Part shown: piece by piece, positions 1 through 13,995 of the stretch
Layout of the letters: each line of letters begins with the position of its first letter
How positions within the stretch are numbered: the first letter of the stretch is position 1
Origin: Octopus sinensis
Lineage: Eukaryota
NCBI RefSeq assembly: GCF_006345805.1
Contig: NW_021835040.1
Span: forward strand, 1 to 64,000
Length of the DNA stretch: 64,000 bases
Reading direction: 5' to 3'
Program-made: the position numbers and the translations under genes
The notes under the pieces: generated by a model
Database searches by the model: none
The model's input: only the letters and a program-made list of their open reading frames with translations
What the model was told of the DNA's origin: nothing

Positions 1-718
1 CATACATTCATATACACTATACACATGCCACACACACAGACATACACACATTACACTGAACTTAAGTGCGTGCACAAGTCTGTTGTACGTATATGTACCA
101 TATCTATACTAACAAATGTACATAGATACATACACACATACACAAACTTACTCAGGTTTGTTTTAGTCATATTTAATAAGGCCTTACGTAAGCAACACGA
201 CATGTGGACATGTTTACCTGTGTCTTATCGTAATACACACGTGGTATAATTAAGCATCTGCACGTGATAAGTTCATAAATCAATATTGAACACGAATCTC
301 ACAGCACACCATTAGATTAGCAAATCTGTAGTGGTGGAGATTTACACACACGCACACACACACACGCACACATACATACACATATATATATATATTGGTG
401 ATAGGGCAATGGAAGATTAATGAGGAAACCAAGGCAGGAGTGGTTACACGGCAGTAGCAGAAGCAGAGAAAATAGAAGAAAAGAAAAAAAAGAAGATGAA
501 TGATATGATGAAGAAGTAGATGAGAAATAGAAGAGGAAGAAAAGAAGAAAAAACAAACTGGAAATGCAACAGTATTGAGAAGAAAAGAAATTATGGGAGG
601 AAAAGGTAAGAAAGAAAAAAAAATGTATAAATGTTGAGAAAAGATGCAACGTTAGCGAAAGATGAAGTAAAAAAAAAGGGAAAACATAGTCAAGTATGAG
701 TAAGATGAAAAATCAGAA

Positions 719-719
<1 letters not shown>

Positions 720-753
<34 letters not shown>

Positions 754-773
754 TAATAATAATAATAACAATA

Positions 774-836
<63 letters not shown>

Positions 837-1102
837 CAACAACAACAAGAAGAGGAGTATGAGGATGATGAGGAGGAAGAATTAGAATAACAGCCATTGC
901 AAAGACAACAGTACTAAAAGAAATAACAATTTGCAATATCAGCGGATACATTATCAATATCAGGCAAAACATGAAATACAAAAAAAAACAAAAAATGGTA
1001 ATAATAATAATAATGATAATAATAATAATAATAATAATAACAATAATAATAATAATAATAATAACAACAATAATAATAATCATAATAATAATAACAATAA
1101 CA

Positions 1103-1137
<35 letters not shown>

Positions 1138-1143
1138 AATAAT
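720..1143. repeat. (AAT)n/(AAC)n microsatellite tracts (720-845 and ~1000-1143)
   Basis: Long runs of aataataat with aac/gat interruptions; they explain the poly-I/N/Y ORFs. Confidence 0.95.
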
Positions 1144-2116
1144 ATAAAATGAGTGACAAAGTGTAGCCAATCCCGAAATGAATCATAATTACTATCAGAA
1201 TATGCATGAACATGGCAGTTTTGTCAAACATCTGTATAAAATTGTAACTTGCTGATTGCATGCTTCAACAACTCTGGAGGTTTTCGAAAGTTTGTTTTTG
1301 TTTCTTTTTTCATCAGTAAGGAAAGGGTTAAAATATTGATTTATCCACACTCTGCAAATAGTCAAGTGTTATATCGCTGTGTTTATCTTTCTATCACTAT
1401 CTCTCTCTCTCTCTCCTTTTCCTCTTCCTCTTCCTCTCACTGTTATCTCTCTTATACTCGTTTTTTTCTATTTCGTTTTCGGCTGTCAAAAGCTCATTTA
1501 TTAATTAACTGCCAAAAGGACCGATGCTTCGTAGAAATGGTGGTGCTATGTGCACTTTCCTTCTGTGTTCAAATCATTCTTCAGGTTTTGTGTTACGTTG
1601 ATACTCACCCTGGGACATCAAATAAAAGACATGTGGGTGCAAAGCAAAAATCCCACGGAGTCCTGAACTTGATATTACATACACCCTTTATAACTGAGTA
1701 TTTTATGCTAAAATTAGACTAATAAAATCAGTCCAATACATACAGAATAGAGCAGATAAATCGATCTTATTTAGAGACCCGAAAACATTGATATACTTCC
1801 CGGTCAGCAAGCCTATTGCAGTCCACATAGCTTTGTATATACACACCTTCCTCCATCTCTTCCCCCTCCTATTTCACTTTCTCCTCTTCCTCCTCCTACC
1901 CCTCCTCCTCCTACCCTGCTACTACTACTACTACTACTACTCTATCCCCATTTCTAGCGCCATCTTCCACTCCCTCTGTCTTTCTCCCCGTTAGAATCGG
2001 CTGTACACCCGCCTGGTTATTGTCATACACACGATGCCACTAGCTGGACCCGATTCCTGAAAAATAAAATTTAGTAAAGTCGTTTCGGGATTCTAAAAAA
2101 AGAATATGCAAATCAT

Positions 2117-2694
2117 AAAACAAGAGCACTCAGAGAGCGCAAGCCTCCGCAAAGGCAGCACCAATGTCCTCTCAACGATTAGCCGGAGAGGATTTTTAAA
2201 ATGAGAATAACTGAAATTAACTCGACTGCTCTCACAAATGAGAATACTAAAAATGAACCCGAACGCTCTCAAAAGTTAATATAAAAACATACGCTAAGAT
2301 AATCCAAATCTTGTCCGGCATCTGATCAATCCCAATGATAGTCATGGAATGTGATTGCGGCTGTGGAAAATTTAGTAACAATATTAATAATTTATTCTTA
2401 TCTAATACAAGCCAAAGTTAACAAATACACCTCTCAAAATAGTTACAGCCTAAAGGGTAATAATTGAGAAAGACTTGAAAGTTAACGTAAGATCGTAATC
2501 ATGTAAACTACATATAAAAAATAATCCATAATCCTTACCCGGTGCCGGATCGATCCTAAAATGTAATCAATTCATGCCAGTCACAAATCCAAACATCACT
2601 GAAAGTTTCATCGTATTCCATCCACCGTTTCTTGGAATATTCCGTCTACGGACAAACAAACAAACAATTCGCCTTCACTAAGGCAGTGGTAGTA
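2117..2694. mobile_element. Putative non-autonomous Helentron/HINE-like element
   Basis: Starts in an A-run (aaaacaagag). GC hairpin-like gcctccgcaaaggc at 2143-2156, related hairpin gccttcactaaggc at 2671-2684 near the other end, internal aaagtttcatcg...acggacaaacaaacaaac segment typical of such elements. Family assignment is inference. Confidence 0.4.
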
Positions 2695-2938
2695 AACTAG
2701 GTTGCTATAGATACTTTCTAGATGAACCAGAATAAAACGATGCCGCACGGGATGTACTAAGGGTTTCAGATTACGGTGGGATTCTATCAGTTTCTGTCAG
2801 CCAAAACCACTGACAAGGTTCTAGTTGGCCTCAGGTTATAGTAGAAAACATGCAGTGGAACTTAACCCGAGAAAAGTACAATTTGAAAGAGATCGGATCG
2901 AATAATTTTATTAAGTTCACGTATAAAAGTTACTCACT

Positions 2939-2962
2939 GATATATATATATATATACATATA

Positions 2963-3016
<54 letters not shown>

Positions 3017-3036
3017 TATATGTATATATATATATA
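2939..3036. repeat. (TA)n microsatellite
   Basis: Direct inspection. Confidence 0.95.
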
Positions 3037-3043
3037 TGTATGT

Positions 3044-4135
3044 ATTCCTTTGTACTATAGGCCTCAAATTTGTGGGATGGGGACAAATGAATTACATCGA
3101 CCCCAGTGTTTCACTGGTACTTAGTTTATCGACCCCAAAAGGGTGAAAAGTAAAGTGGACCTCGGTGGAATGCTAAGCATTTCGCCCGGCGTGCTAACGT
3201 ATCTGCTAGTTCGCCGCCTTGCCGCCTTAATAATAACAAAGAAGCCGCAATCTCTTCCAGCTAACCATAAAATCGACAGTTCCTTTTCAAAAACTTGTTC
3301 GCTTATGCTGTATACCCTTGAATTTTTGAAATCGAATCCATTCGGGGCAGGATCGAACATTTCTTGTACATTTTTTTCTAGGAAAATATCAAAACAATTT
3401 TGCTAACTAATACAACATGAAATAGAGTTAGTAATAACCCGTTCTGCTGCAGACAGAAGGCCTGAAGCTTTGAACCAGGGAGGTAGTTGATTACATCGAC
3501 GCCAGTGCTCCAGGAGTAATATTTTATCAACGTCGAAAGTATGAATGGCAAAGATGACCTCAGTGGAATTTGAACTCAGAACGTAACGACAGACGAAATA
3601 CCTATTTTTTTTAACTACCCACATGGGGCTAAACACAGAGAGGACAAACAAGGACAAACAAACGGATTAATTCGATTATATCGACCCTAGTGAGTAACTG
3701 GTACTTAGTTAATCGACCCCGAAAGGATGAAAGGCAAAGTCGACCTCGGCGGAATTTGAACTCAGAACGTAGCGACAGACGAAACACTGCTGAGCATTTT
3801 GCCCGGCGTGCTAACGTTTCTTATTTCTTTACTGCCCACAAGGGGCTAAACACAGAAGGGACAAACAAGGACAGACAAACGGATTAAGTCGATTATATCG
3901 ACCCCAGTGAGTAACTAGTACTTAATTTATCGACCCCGAAAGGATGAAAGACAACGTCGACCTCGGCGGAATTTGAACTGAGAACGTAGCGACAGACGAA
4001 ATACTGCTGAGCATTTTTCCCGGCTTGCTAACGTCTCTGCCAGTTCGCTGCCATTCATTTCACCCAGACTGCTATCAATTTGTTTATCAACTTCAAAAGA
4101 ATGGAAGACAAACCTGCGATTTGAACTGAGATCAC
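3044..4135 (-). mobile_element. Cluster of 4-5 same-orientation tRNA-derived SINEs, family A (~3044-3228, 3440-3602, 3617-3820, 3830-4053, relic ~4060-4135)
   Basis: Repeated body tcgaccccgaaaggatgaaaggcaaagtcgacctcggcggaatttgaactcagaac. On the minus strand it gives a tRNA-like head (GGCGGCGAxCTGGCAGAxACGTTAGC) and B-box-like GAGTTCAAATTCC. Confidence 0.85.
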
Positions 4136-4911
4136 ATGTTGCCAGAAATATAGTGTCTTAAAGAAGTGAAGCTCCGAAGAAAATATTCTAATAGATTTAG
4201 TCTCTTAGCTCTTGTTTCCTATCATTTAATGAACTGTTTCTTTCATAGCTTTCAAACCTATAAATTACGTATGAATCATGTACCAGTAAAAAGCAATAAA
4301 TCATACCTCATGGATATTTAATCGCATAATCATTAATCCATGCCAATTTTAACTGCATGCGTATTAATTTATGTCATCAATAACTGATTCCAAAATAAAA
4401 TACATGCCAGTCTGTTTGGATTCAGCGATGCATTTATAGACAAAACACTTAATTTGAATCCGCTCTTCAAACATTGTTATAATCATTAGATATTCATTTA
4501 GATATTCAATGGGATTATTTGTGGGAAATCCATAGAGTTGACGGGAACGTTGGCAGTAAATTATTGTCAAATCCCTTTATCAGGGAAAACAATTTGTCAT
4601 GATGAAAAATAAATTGAGATATAAACTTAATAACGCAAAAATGTAGAGAAAGCATATAACATTCCGTTGCATTTAATCTTAGATTCCAAATCTCCGCCAC
4701 ATTTACTGCCAGAAAAATGTTATTGATGACTATATCTCCTGGTCTAAAGATAGTCAAATACTCACGAGATATAAGTAAACTCTGTTATGTACATTTCAGA
4801 ATAATTCCTGGTAATTAATTTATTGAAGAAAAGCGAAGGACGAACGCAACTATTTTACATGGTTTAGTATCATACGTTTCTTGCATTTTTATTTAAATTA
4901 TAACCACAGAT

Positions 4912-5212
4912 TAGAAATTTACTATTTTAAAATCTCACAATGTACTGTGTAGTAAAGATTGTTTGCCAAAGTAACATGGCAGTCCTGGTTTAGGGCTAAT
5001 GTTGCTGTAATTTATCCCCGGGAGACATCGTTTCCAGCTCGCTACACGACACGATCTGTCCTTATATTTTCGAACAAGGGAATCTAGCCCCCCCCTCAGC
5101 TCAAAACAATATCTGACTATAGCCAGCTGGAAACAATGTCTCCAGGGAATAGATGACAGCAACATTCGTCCTAAACCAGGACTGACATGTTGTGTTGGCA
5201 AACAATCTTTAC
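4912..5212. mobile_element. Fold-back PLE-terminal-repeat-like element with 13-bp TSD
   Basis: Inverted arms 4951-5044 / 5120-5213 (~94 bp, mostly matching). TATAACCACAGAT direct repeat at 4899-4911 and 5213-5225. Arm sequence is homologous to 17940-18010 and 25235-25320. Confidence 0.7.
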
Positions 5213-5384
5213 TATAACCACAGATGTTTTAAACGTGGTTAGTTATAATTGATCGGTATTTATTTTAAAGGCATTGAGAAGACGAAAAACTATCTTGATA
5301 TCAGTGATATTTGAACAAAGAATGTTAAGGGGGCGCAAATAAATACAACTATTATTATCGCTATTACATATCAACTTCAGTATA

Positions 5385-5520
5385 TGACTGGTACATCATT
5401 TTATCGGCCCTGAAACGTTGAAAGGTGAACTCACTGCAACAGCATTTGAATCGATAACATAGAACTGGATGAGATGCTGTCAAGCAGTTTGTCCGACGCG
5501 CTGATCATTTGATGATAGAG
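5385..5520 (-). mobile_element. Degenerate family A SINE
   Basis: actggtacatcattttatcggccctgaaacgttgaaaggtgaa...atttgaa aligns loosely with the family A body. Confidence 0.5.
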
Positions 5521-5685
5521 AAATGGCTGTGCTGTAAATAAGCTATGACTACCTAGGGAAGTTGAGAATATATTTTGCTGCAGACATGTCTTGAAATGAG
5601 GACTGGAATGTGTCTATGCTGCTACAAATCCAAGACATATTTTCGTGTAACTCTTTCAATCATATATACATACACAGGTATATAC

Positions 5686-5771
<86 letters not shown>

Positions 5772-5772
5772 A

Positions 5773-5858
<86 letters not shown>

Positions 5859-6043
5859 CTGTATATCTATCTATCTATCTATATATATATATATATGCAT
5901 ATACAGATGTACATACAGATGTATGTATATAGTTGTATATATAGATGTATATATACATATATATATATACATGTACTTAGAAATACACGTATATATACGT
6001 ATATAATATATACATGTGTGTGTGTGTGTATGTATGTAAGTAT

Positions 6044-6083
<40 letters not shown>
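5686..6083. repeat. (TATC)n followed by (TA)n/(TG)n compound microsatellite
   Basis: Direct inspection. Confidence 0.95.
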
Positions 6084-6089
<6 letters not shown>

Positions 6090-6354
6090 CACTTCGGTGT
6101 CCGTAGATGTCAAAATCGACTATAAGACATACATTATGGATAACGTATAATCATACGTATTATTGTATTCATGTATCATAATTGTATATAGAATAGAGAG
6201 ACAATTCATAATTAAACAGAAAATGACATCTGCCAGAATTCACGACGCCATCCATTAACAGATATTCAGACAAGAACCAAAACCAAACAAAAGAGCACAC
6301 TTCATACAACAACAACAACAAAATCTACTACTACAAAGTTTGCTACAAGAGCAG

Positions 6355-6542
6355 CAATTTTTGTGGTGGTGACTAGTCAATTATATCGACCCCAGTGTGA
6401 ACCGGAACTTATTTTATCGACCCCGAAAGAAATGTAAAGCAAAGTCAAACTTCGTGGAAGTTGAACTCAGAACGTAAAGACGGACAAAATGCCGTGAAGC
6501 ATTTTGTCCGTAGTGCTAAGGATTGCGCCAGCACGCCGACTT
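6355..6542 (-). mobile_element. Family A SINE
   Basis: tatcgaccccagtg...tttatcgaccccgaaag...ttgaactcagaacgtaaagacggac. Confidence 0.8.
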
Positions 6543-6549
6543 AAATAGA

Positions 6550-7039
<490 letters not shown>

Positions 7040-7041
<2 letters not shown>

Positions 7042-7225
7042 GTTTCAAATTTTGTCATAAGGGGAAGCCATTGTGCGGGAGAGGACTAGTCGCTTGCATC
7101 AACTCCAGCTTTTTCCCCGGTCCTTAATTTATCGACACGGAGAAGATGAAAGGCAAAATCAACCTCGGCAAAAATTTGATCTCAGAACTTGAAAACAGAC
7201 GAAAGCATTTCGCCCGGCCTGCGCA
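7040..7225 (-). mobile_element. Family A SINE with (ATT)n tail
   Basis: ggtttcaaatttt...tttatcgacacggagaagatgaaaggcaaaatcaacctcggc...gcatttcgcccggc. Confidence 0.75.
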
Positions 7226-7660
7226 CGATTCTGTCAGCTTTACATATTAATAATAATAATAATAAAGCACACGCTGATCGTCTGTACCTACCTAGACGTA
7301 ATGGAGTAATAGGAATGATGCAGGTAGAACTGTGCTCTAAGACCTCCACAAAAGCAATGAATAAGTACTTATCCACTACAATGACCTTGACGCCGCGGCT
7401 TTTGTGTAATTATGAGAGCAGCAACAATCACATTCTAATGTCAAGGAAGCTTGCAAATTCGCAAAGGAATTTGACATTGATCCTGAAAATATTTGAAGAA
7501 CCTGTAACCACTGCCACAAAACAGGCAAAACGGATCACACAGACTGCAAAAAAGCACGGGCACAAACAATTTGTGGTGCTGTAGACGTTTTTTCCCAATG
7601 CCATGCACATAATTTTCATTGGTTGGTGTATATGGTGCTTTGAGATAGATTTATATTAAA

Positions 7661-8051
7661 CTAGCAGTATCGCCCGGCGTTGCTCGGGTCTGTAAGGGAA
7701 ATAACTATATAAGCATTTTTAGAGAGTTATAGGAAAAAAATAGCAAAAAAATGTATTAAAAATGGAAAAAAAATATGGTAAATTTTTTTTAAATCGTTGA
7801 CTCATCGTAGACATTTTTAGAGAGCGACTTCCCTTATATAATAGCGAAAAAATGCATTAAAATGGAAAAAATGATGATAAATATTTTTTAAAATCGTAGA
7901 CTCATTGTAGACGCGCGCTAATACCCAAAAGGGCTCGATATGAATCACGACTATAAGATACCCGGTTTTGGTTAAACTGCACCGCAAAATGTGGGAGTAG
8001 TTAGGAATCTAAATCGTAGGAGACACACAACTTCAGTTTTATAAATAAAGA
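7661..8051 (-). mobile_element. Non-autonomous Helitron, 391 bp
   Basis: On the minus strand: 5' TC, 3' CTAG, subterminal GC hairpin (plus strand cccggcgttgctcggg, 7673-7688), inserted between A and T with no TSD. Internal ~100-bp tandem duplication (~7710-7810 / ~7810-7912). Confidence 0.85.
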
Positions 8052-8307
8052 TTTCGTTATTATACACGGTTTAAAACGACTACAGCTTGTTTCTATTCGT
8101 TATTTCTTTGTTATTTATATACATGTTTTCATTTTCGTATTGCAGTTTCCGATGAAGGAATTCTGAGGCAACAGCTCTGATGTGTGACCTATGAGAGTAT
8201 TCTCCCTTTTCTCTCTACTCTAATCTCTCCTTTTTCTCAGATTCTCTCACTCCTCTTTCTTCATTTCTACCTTTTCGTCTAGTCAAATAAAATATAGACA
8301 ATATGTC

Positions 8308-8378
<71 letters not shown>

Positions 8379-8397
8379 TATATATATATATATATAG

Positions 8398-8569
8398 TTC
8401 ATATAAAAATACAGTGTATATTTAAACATATAAGAGATGGCCATAACAGGACATCTGACCGGCTAGAATGATTAGTTAAACTCCAAACCACTATTAGGAC
8501 TAAACGGGTCAGATGTCCTGTTATGATCATCTCTTATGTGTTTAAATGTACACTCTACTTTTATATGAA
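8398..8569. mobile_element. MITE-like fold-back: ~63-bp inverted arms (8398-8460 / 8507-8569), 46-bp spacer
   Basis: taagagatggccataacaggacatctgacc ... ggtcagatgtcctgttatgatcatctctta; abuts a (TA)n run. Confidence 0.7.
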
Positions 8570-9174
8570 TAAATTATAGTCTATTTGACTAGTTTTTTTC
8601 TTCTCGCTAGACTACTGGCAGCAAAGAAATTTTCTTAAATTTTTTTTGCTACCTTGGATTATATTAATAATGATATTTATATATGTATATATATATGAAC
8701 AACAAGCAGGTGTATCAATTTCACGCCTCGGGATAAAATGGAAAGTTTTAAAAGTTTCCAGCGTAGGCTCTTCAACATAAAAGAATAAGAAAAGGAAAAT
8801 GAAAATGAAAGAAAGAATCAATGTGTAGCGTTCAGTAGTCAACCATATATACTTATACATACATATATATATATATATATATTTCGTGTTAGGCTATGAA
8901 GCGATGCGAGGTACTAGAATTTTTGGTTCGAGTCTAATAACACAAATTACGTGGCGACATTATCAGAATATCTGCTTATATAGAGTCAAGGCCGGCTAAT
9001 GAAACCATATTTTCAAATTCCTTTACTGAGAAAGGATTAGGTAATGGATGCAGTTTTGTTAGATATAGCACAAACCTGAAACGTATTCGATGATTTCAAA
9101 ATATAATTTGGTTTGACTTCATTATTCCAGTTTTATGTGCACACACACACACGCACACACACACACACACACAC

Positions 9175-9230
<56 letters not shown>

Positions 9231-9283
9231 CGGAATATGCCTAAAACCACGAGATTCACAGAGTAACTGATGTTTATCTATGT

Positions 9284-9342
<59 letters not shown>

Positions 9343-10083
9343 ATATATCTGTAGTATCAACAAGTACTTTTGCTGCATCTGTGCTTGAGGTGCTTCGCAA
9401 TTGAAGAGGTTTCACATGATGTCAAGGATATATCTTAACAGAGCTTCAATGTAGTTAAACTGTGTATTTTGTTCACAAAAATTAACCCACGCTTAATATT
9501 TCCTATTTGTATTATTATTGTCCTTGCTGTTATATATTTTTAAGTACATTATAGGATCGCATCTATAATTAATACAAGTATAATATCATAGCATGTTCTG
9601 GTTTATGTGCATTCACTTCACTATAATTATCGTTGCGAAGAACGGTTATGAAATTACATGAACGTGGAAGTGTGAATACCTTTCCAAATATTTTCAACGG
9701 CTTAATGTTCGGAACCGTAAAAAAAATATATTGGAATGCAGAAGGATAATATTATCATCAGATATCGGAAATACTATAATTTCTCTAACAGTTTCAAGTT
9801 GTTTCATTATCATGTGTACAGTTCTTTTAAATTTATATAAACATATCTCTAATAGAACATGCCGGCCACTTGTATTACTGGAAGTTTAAACTGGCGTGTA
9901 TGTTAAATCCTCTTATTATCTTCTCCTTAAATTAGTCTAAATATTTAAAAATTTGAAGTAGCACATACAGATGGAATAATAAACACGCTTATACATACAT
10001 AATTTTATAAAATGCATTAAAGACGTGAGTTTGCATTTTCAAATTGCATGGCTAGAAAAAAGTAAAAAACAAAACACTGAAAG

Positions 10084-10143
<60 letters not shown>

Positions 10144-10194
10144 TAAAAAATGGAGTTAACGCTATACGAATCTATCATTTTTTGCTAAAATGTC

Positions 10195-10251
<57 letters not shown>

Positions 10252-10319
10252 TGTGTGTGCATGTTATATAACTATATATGACTATGAAACATATGTTCTT
10301 TTATATATATATATAGTTA

Positions 10320-10387
<68 letters not shown>

Positions 10388-11404
10388 GTGTGTGTGTGTG
10401 TGTCTGTGCATGTCTATATGTATGTATATGCTTATGTATATATACATACATGTGTGTGTTTGAAAATTCTGATGTTGCATAGTGTGTTTAAAAAATCTTT
10501 GTGTGAGGCTCAAATTAATATACATAATTACATTGCAGTTAGAAAAATCCCAAATAGAAAAAGACAGTAGTAAAATAAGCTTGAAATAGTACGAGAACTG
10601 AGAATTCACGAAGGAATGTACAGTACTGTAAAAGTCTTAGTTCTTTCGAATGCATCACAGAATTTGTAGGACCTAACGAAAAAGTAGAGAGATTTAAATA
10701 ACTGTATAAATATTGAAACATAGTTTGTTAGTTTATAACATAAAACAATTTTGATTCATATAATTAGATAATAGTCTTATGTTCCACTTGGCGTGTAATG
10801 GACTTTATCACCTTAAATTATAGGTAGTAAAGTTAATACCTCGAATTTCCCATGCACCTCGATAACATTGACGAATACCTTTTAGAATATCATACTAAAT
10901 GTCTGAAAAAAATATGATCGAAGTAACGTAGCTTAAATATACCATCAATTATGCCTATATAGTTTTCTTCTAATGTCAGTTTCAAATTCGCCATCGCTGA
11001 GAAGTCAAGGGACAAACTAGAAACAAACAAACTAGGAACAGACTTGAAATTTTCACCGTTTCATATTTTCATGTATTGTTGTGTAGAGTTGTGACAATAT
11101 CACGCAATGCTTATTACCGTTCGGGATACTGGACGTTTTTCAATTGGGACAAATACGAATCTTCTGAACCTGCTTTGATCTTCTGACGTCCGTAACCCTC
11201 TCACAACTCTGGTCGTCTTGCATCGCCTTTCTACCGTTGAACCGTTTGCCTCAGCGGAAGAGTTAATCCATAAACAGTCTGGCGCATTTCATAAGTCTCT
11301 GCTGTGATTTGGTCCAGTTTGACAGAAAATAATTGTATAGCGTGCTTCAAAAATTTCTGACTGCATTCGGCAAAGTTGTTAGGTGTAATAAGCAGTGTTT
11401 ATAA

Positions 11405-12740
11405 GGGTGCATTTAAAATGGGGTTACAGTCGTCCTCTGTGCGTATGCGGATGATGGTGTATGGGTGTGCAAATCATGGTGTGTGGATGTGCAGATGTTG
11501 TTGTGCGGTGTGAATGCTGGGAAGTGGTTTAGTGCTTGTGTGTGTGCGCGGTGTAGAGTGGTGTGACGTGTTGTGGTGGTGTTGCGGTGTGTGGTGTAGG
11601 TGGGGTGGGATGACGATGTGGAGGATGTAGGTGGGGTTGGATGAAGGTTGGGGTTAAGGAGTTTGTACAACATGGGTATGTATGGGTGTGGTGTGGGTGG
11701 AGGGTTCTCAAGGAAGATAGAGGTGGGTAGGAGTGAAGAGAGGAAGTAGCCGTCAGATGAAGAAAAGAGAGGAGGGGAGTTGAGACCATGTCGTGCAAAG
11801 GAGCGAAGAGAAAAGATTAATTCCGGGTCACAGCGAAGGCGGGTGTCGGATGACCACTGTGCAAAGTCAATCCGAACACAGACAGGTGTTGTAGTGAATA
11901 ACCAGTAGAGCAGAAATGGCACAAGATCGAAGTGTCATTGCCGAGTTTGATGTCTCGGAGGTATTGCGGAAACCTATCAGCCAAGAGGCGTTCCGTTTTA
12001 CCGATGTACAGAGAAGGGGAGAAAGAACAGGAGATGCAGCAAATGACGTTGCTAGAAGGGCAGATAAAGGAGTCGGTGATATGACAGGGACGATGATGGT
12101 TGCATATGAGGATAGTGATGTTAGAGAGGTAGGAGCAAGTGCGGCAGCGTGGGTGGCAGCAGGGGAACGAGCCTGGTTGGGAGGTGGGGTTAGGGAACAA
12201 ATTGTGGACCAGGAGGTCACACAGGTTGTGGTCTCGCTTGATGGAGGGAAGGGCTAGGCTTGAGATGTGTGATGTGGAGGGGTCGGACTGGAGTCGCCGG
12301 AGGGCTCGGAAATTGGTGCGGGCTGTAGGTGGGGAGAAAGGGAAGAGAGAGCAGAGGCACTATCCACACAGTTCTCAACAGAGGGCTGTGTGGATAGTAG
12401 TGAGAGGGTATCCATGAAGAATGAAGCGGTGAGCCATGAGTTGAGACTGAATCTCGAAGTCATGGTTGTCACTGCAGAGACCGCGCAGACGAAGGAATCT
12501 GGAGTAGGGGATGGAGGGATTGATGTGGGTAGGTTGGGAGGAGGAGGAGAAGTTAAGGTATGAGTCTGAGTCGGTGTGTTTGTAGTGAAAGCGGAGCGGT
12601 GTATGTTGACCGAAATGTCGAGAAATGTAACGGAAATGTTGAAAATAGTATAGAGGAATCCGAGGTCCGGATGGTAGGATTGGACAAACGAGAGGAAGGA
12701 GTCTAGTTTTTCGCGGGAGAGTCAGGTTGCACCGATACAC
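11405..12740 (-). mobile_element. Decayed Penelope-like element 1 (RT C-terminus, Cys-rich linker, GIY-YIG endonuclease)
   Basis: Frameshifted peptides LDSFLSFVQSYHPDL...VTFLDISVNI, YKHTDSDSYLNFSSS...SIPYSRFLRLRGLCSD...GYP, CCHPRCRTC, SNVICCISC...LYIGKTERLLADRF. Confidence 0.9.
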
Positions 12741-13510
12741 TCATAAATATACCGACCGTATAGTTCGGGCGTCGTTTTAATCCGTCTACCAAATCCGCTT
12801 ACAAGGTTATTGTCTGCACGAAACTATATTAGAAGGCACTTGATCAACCTGTTGATTCCCTATAAGGCATATAAGTAACTTTTATGTGACTACATAGAAA
12901 TTGATCCGATCGGTAGGTATTCGTGAAAAGTACTCGATTCCAGACGGGATTAATTACAACCTAATTAAATTCCCTTTTCCCTTTCTGATGACACAGTGTT
13001 TCCTCACCTCTTATAGCTCATCAAATTTGGAGTCTTTGTGCTTAGGAATAATTCAATGTCGTTACTTACATCTCATCTTCCTTTTTATCCTCTGTATTTA
13101 AAACCCACAGTCGTTTCTAATGTATGTGATAAGGTACTTAGCACTAATCTCATTTTCTAAGTTTTATTCTCTATGTTCTGATATTCCAAAGCAAAGGTTT
13201 AAGAATTCACTAATCTGTTGACTAAGAAGCAACACATCTAAATATTAATTACTCCCACATAATCAGTAACTCACTCTCACCCTCAGTCTCTCGCCGCTGC
13301 CTCTCTCCCTCACTCACTCTATTCGATATTTAATCCCTTTCATACCTCCTCTCTCAATCTCTCTCAATATACGAATTTAAATTACACACATACCGTTATC
13401 TTCCATTTTGTATCCATTTATGATAGGATTAATATATATATATTGTTAAGTGTGCCTAAATGTTTACGGTACCTCGTGACGTGATGACTGTGTTGTAAAT
13501 ATATATATAT

Positions 13511-13548
<38 letters not shown>

Positions 13549-13886
13549 GGCGCAGGTTTAACTGCGTGGTAAGAAGCTTGCTACGCAACCACATGGTTCC
13601 GGGTTCAGTCCCAATGCGTGACACACACGGTCCAGCGAAAACCTTGCAGGTGGATTTGGCAGACGGAAACTTAAAGAAGCCTGTCTTATATGTATATATT
13701 AATGAGTGTACGCGTGTTTATGTCCCTCTAACTTAGCGGTCCGTCAGACGATACCTACAGAATAAGTACTAGGCTTAAAAAGAATAAGTTCTAGGGTCAA
13801 TTTCCAAGATTGAAGGCGTTGCTCTATCATGGCCGCAGTCAAATGACTGAAACATCTAAAAGAATAAACGAATAAAAGAATAAAAG
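13549..13886 (+). mobile_element. Family B tRNA/CORE-type SINE (octopus OR2-like by inference), internally deleted
   Basis: ggcgcagg head, gttccgggttcagtccc B-box region, gtggatttggcagacggaaac, 3' catggccgcagtcaaatgactgaaac. Confidence 0.85.
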
Positions 13887-13921
13887 TATATATATATATA
13901 TATACATACATACACACACAA

Positions 13922-13992
<71 letters not shown>

Positions 13993-13995
<3 letters not shown>

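Noticed and set aside
13017-13133. 117-nt candidate exon LIKFGVFVLR...CDK
   Set aside because: Competing acceptors, no recognisable protein, base composition like the flanks.
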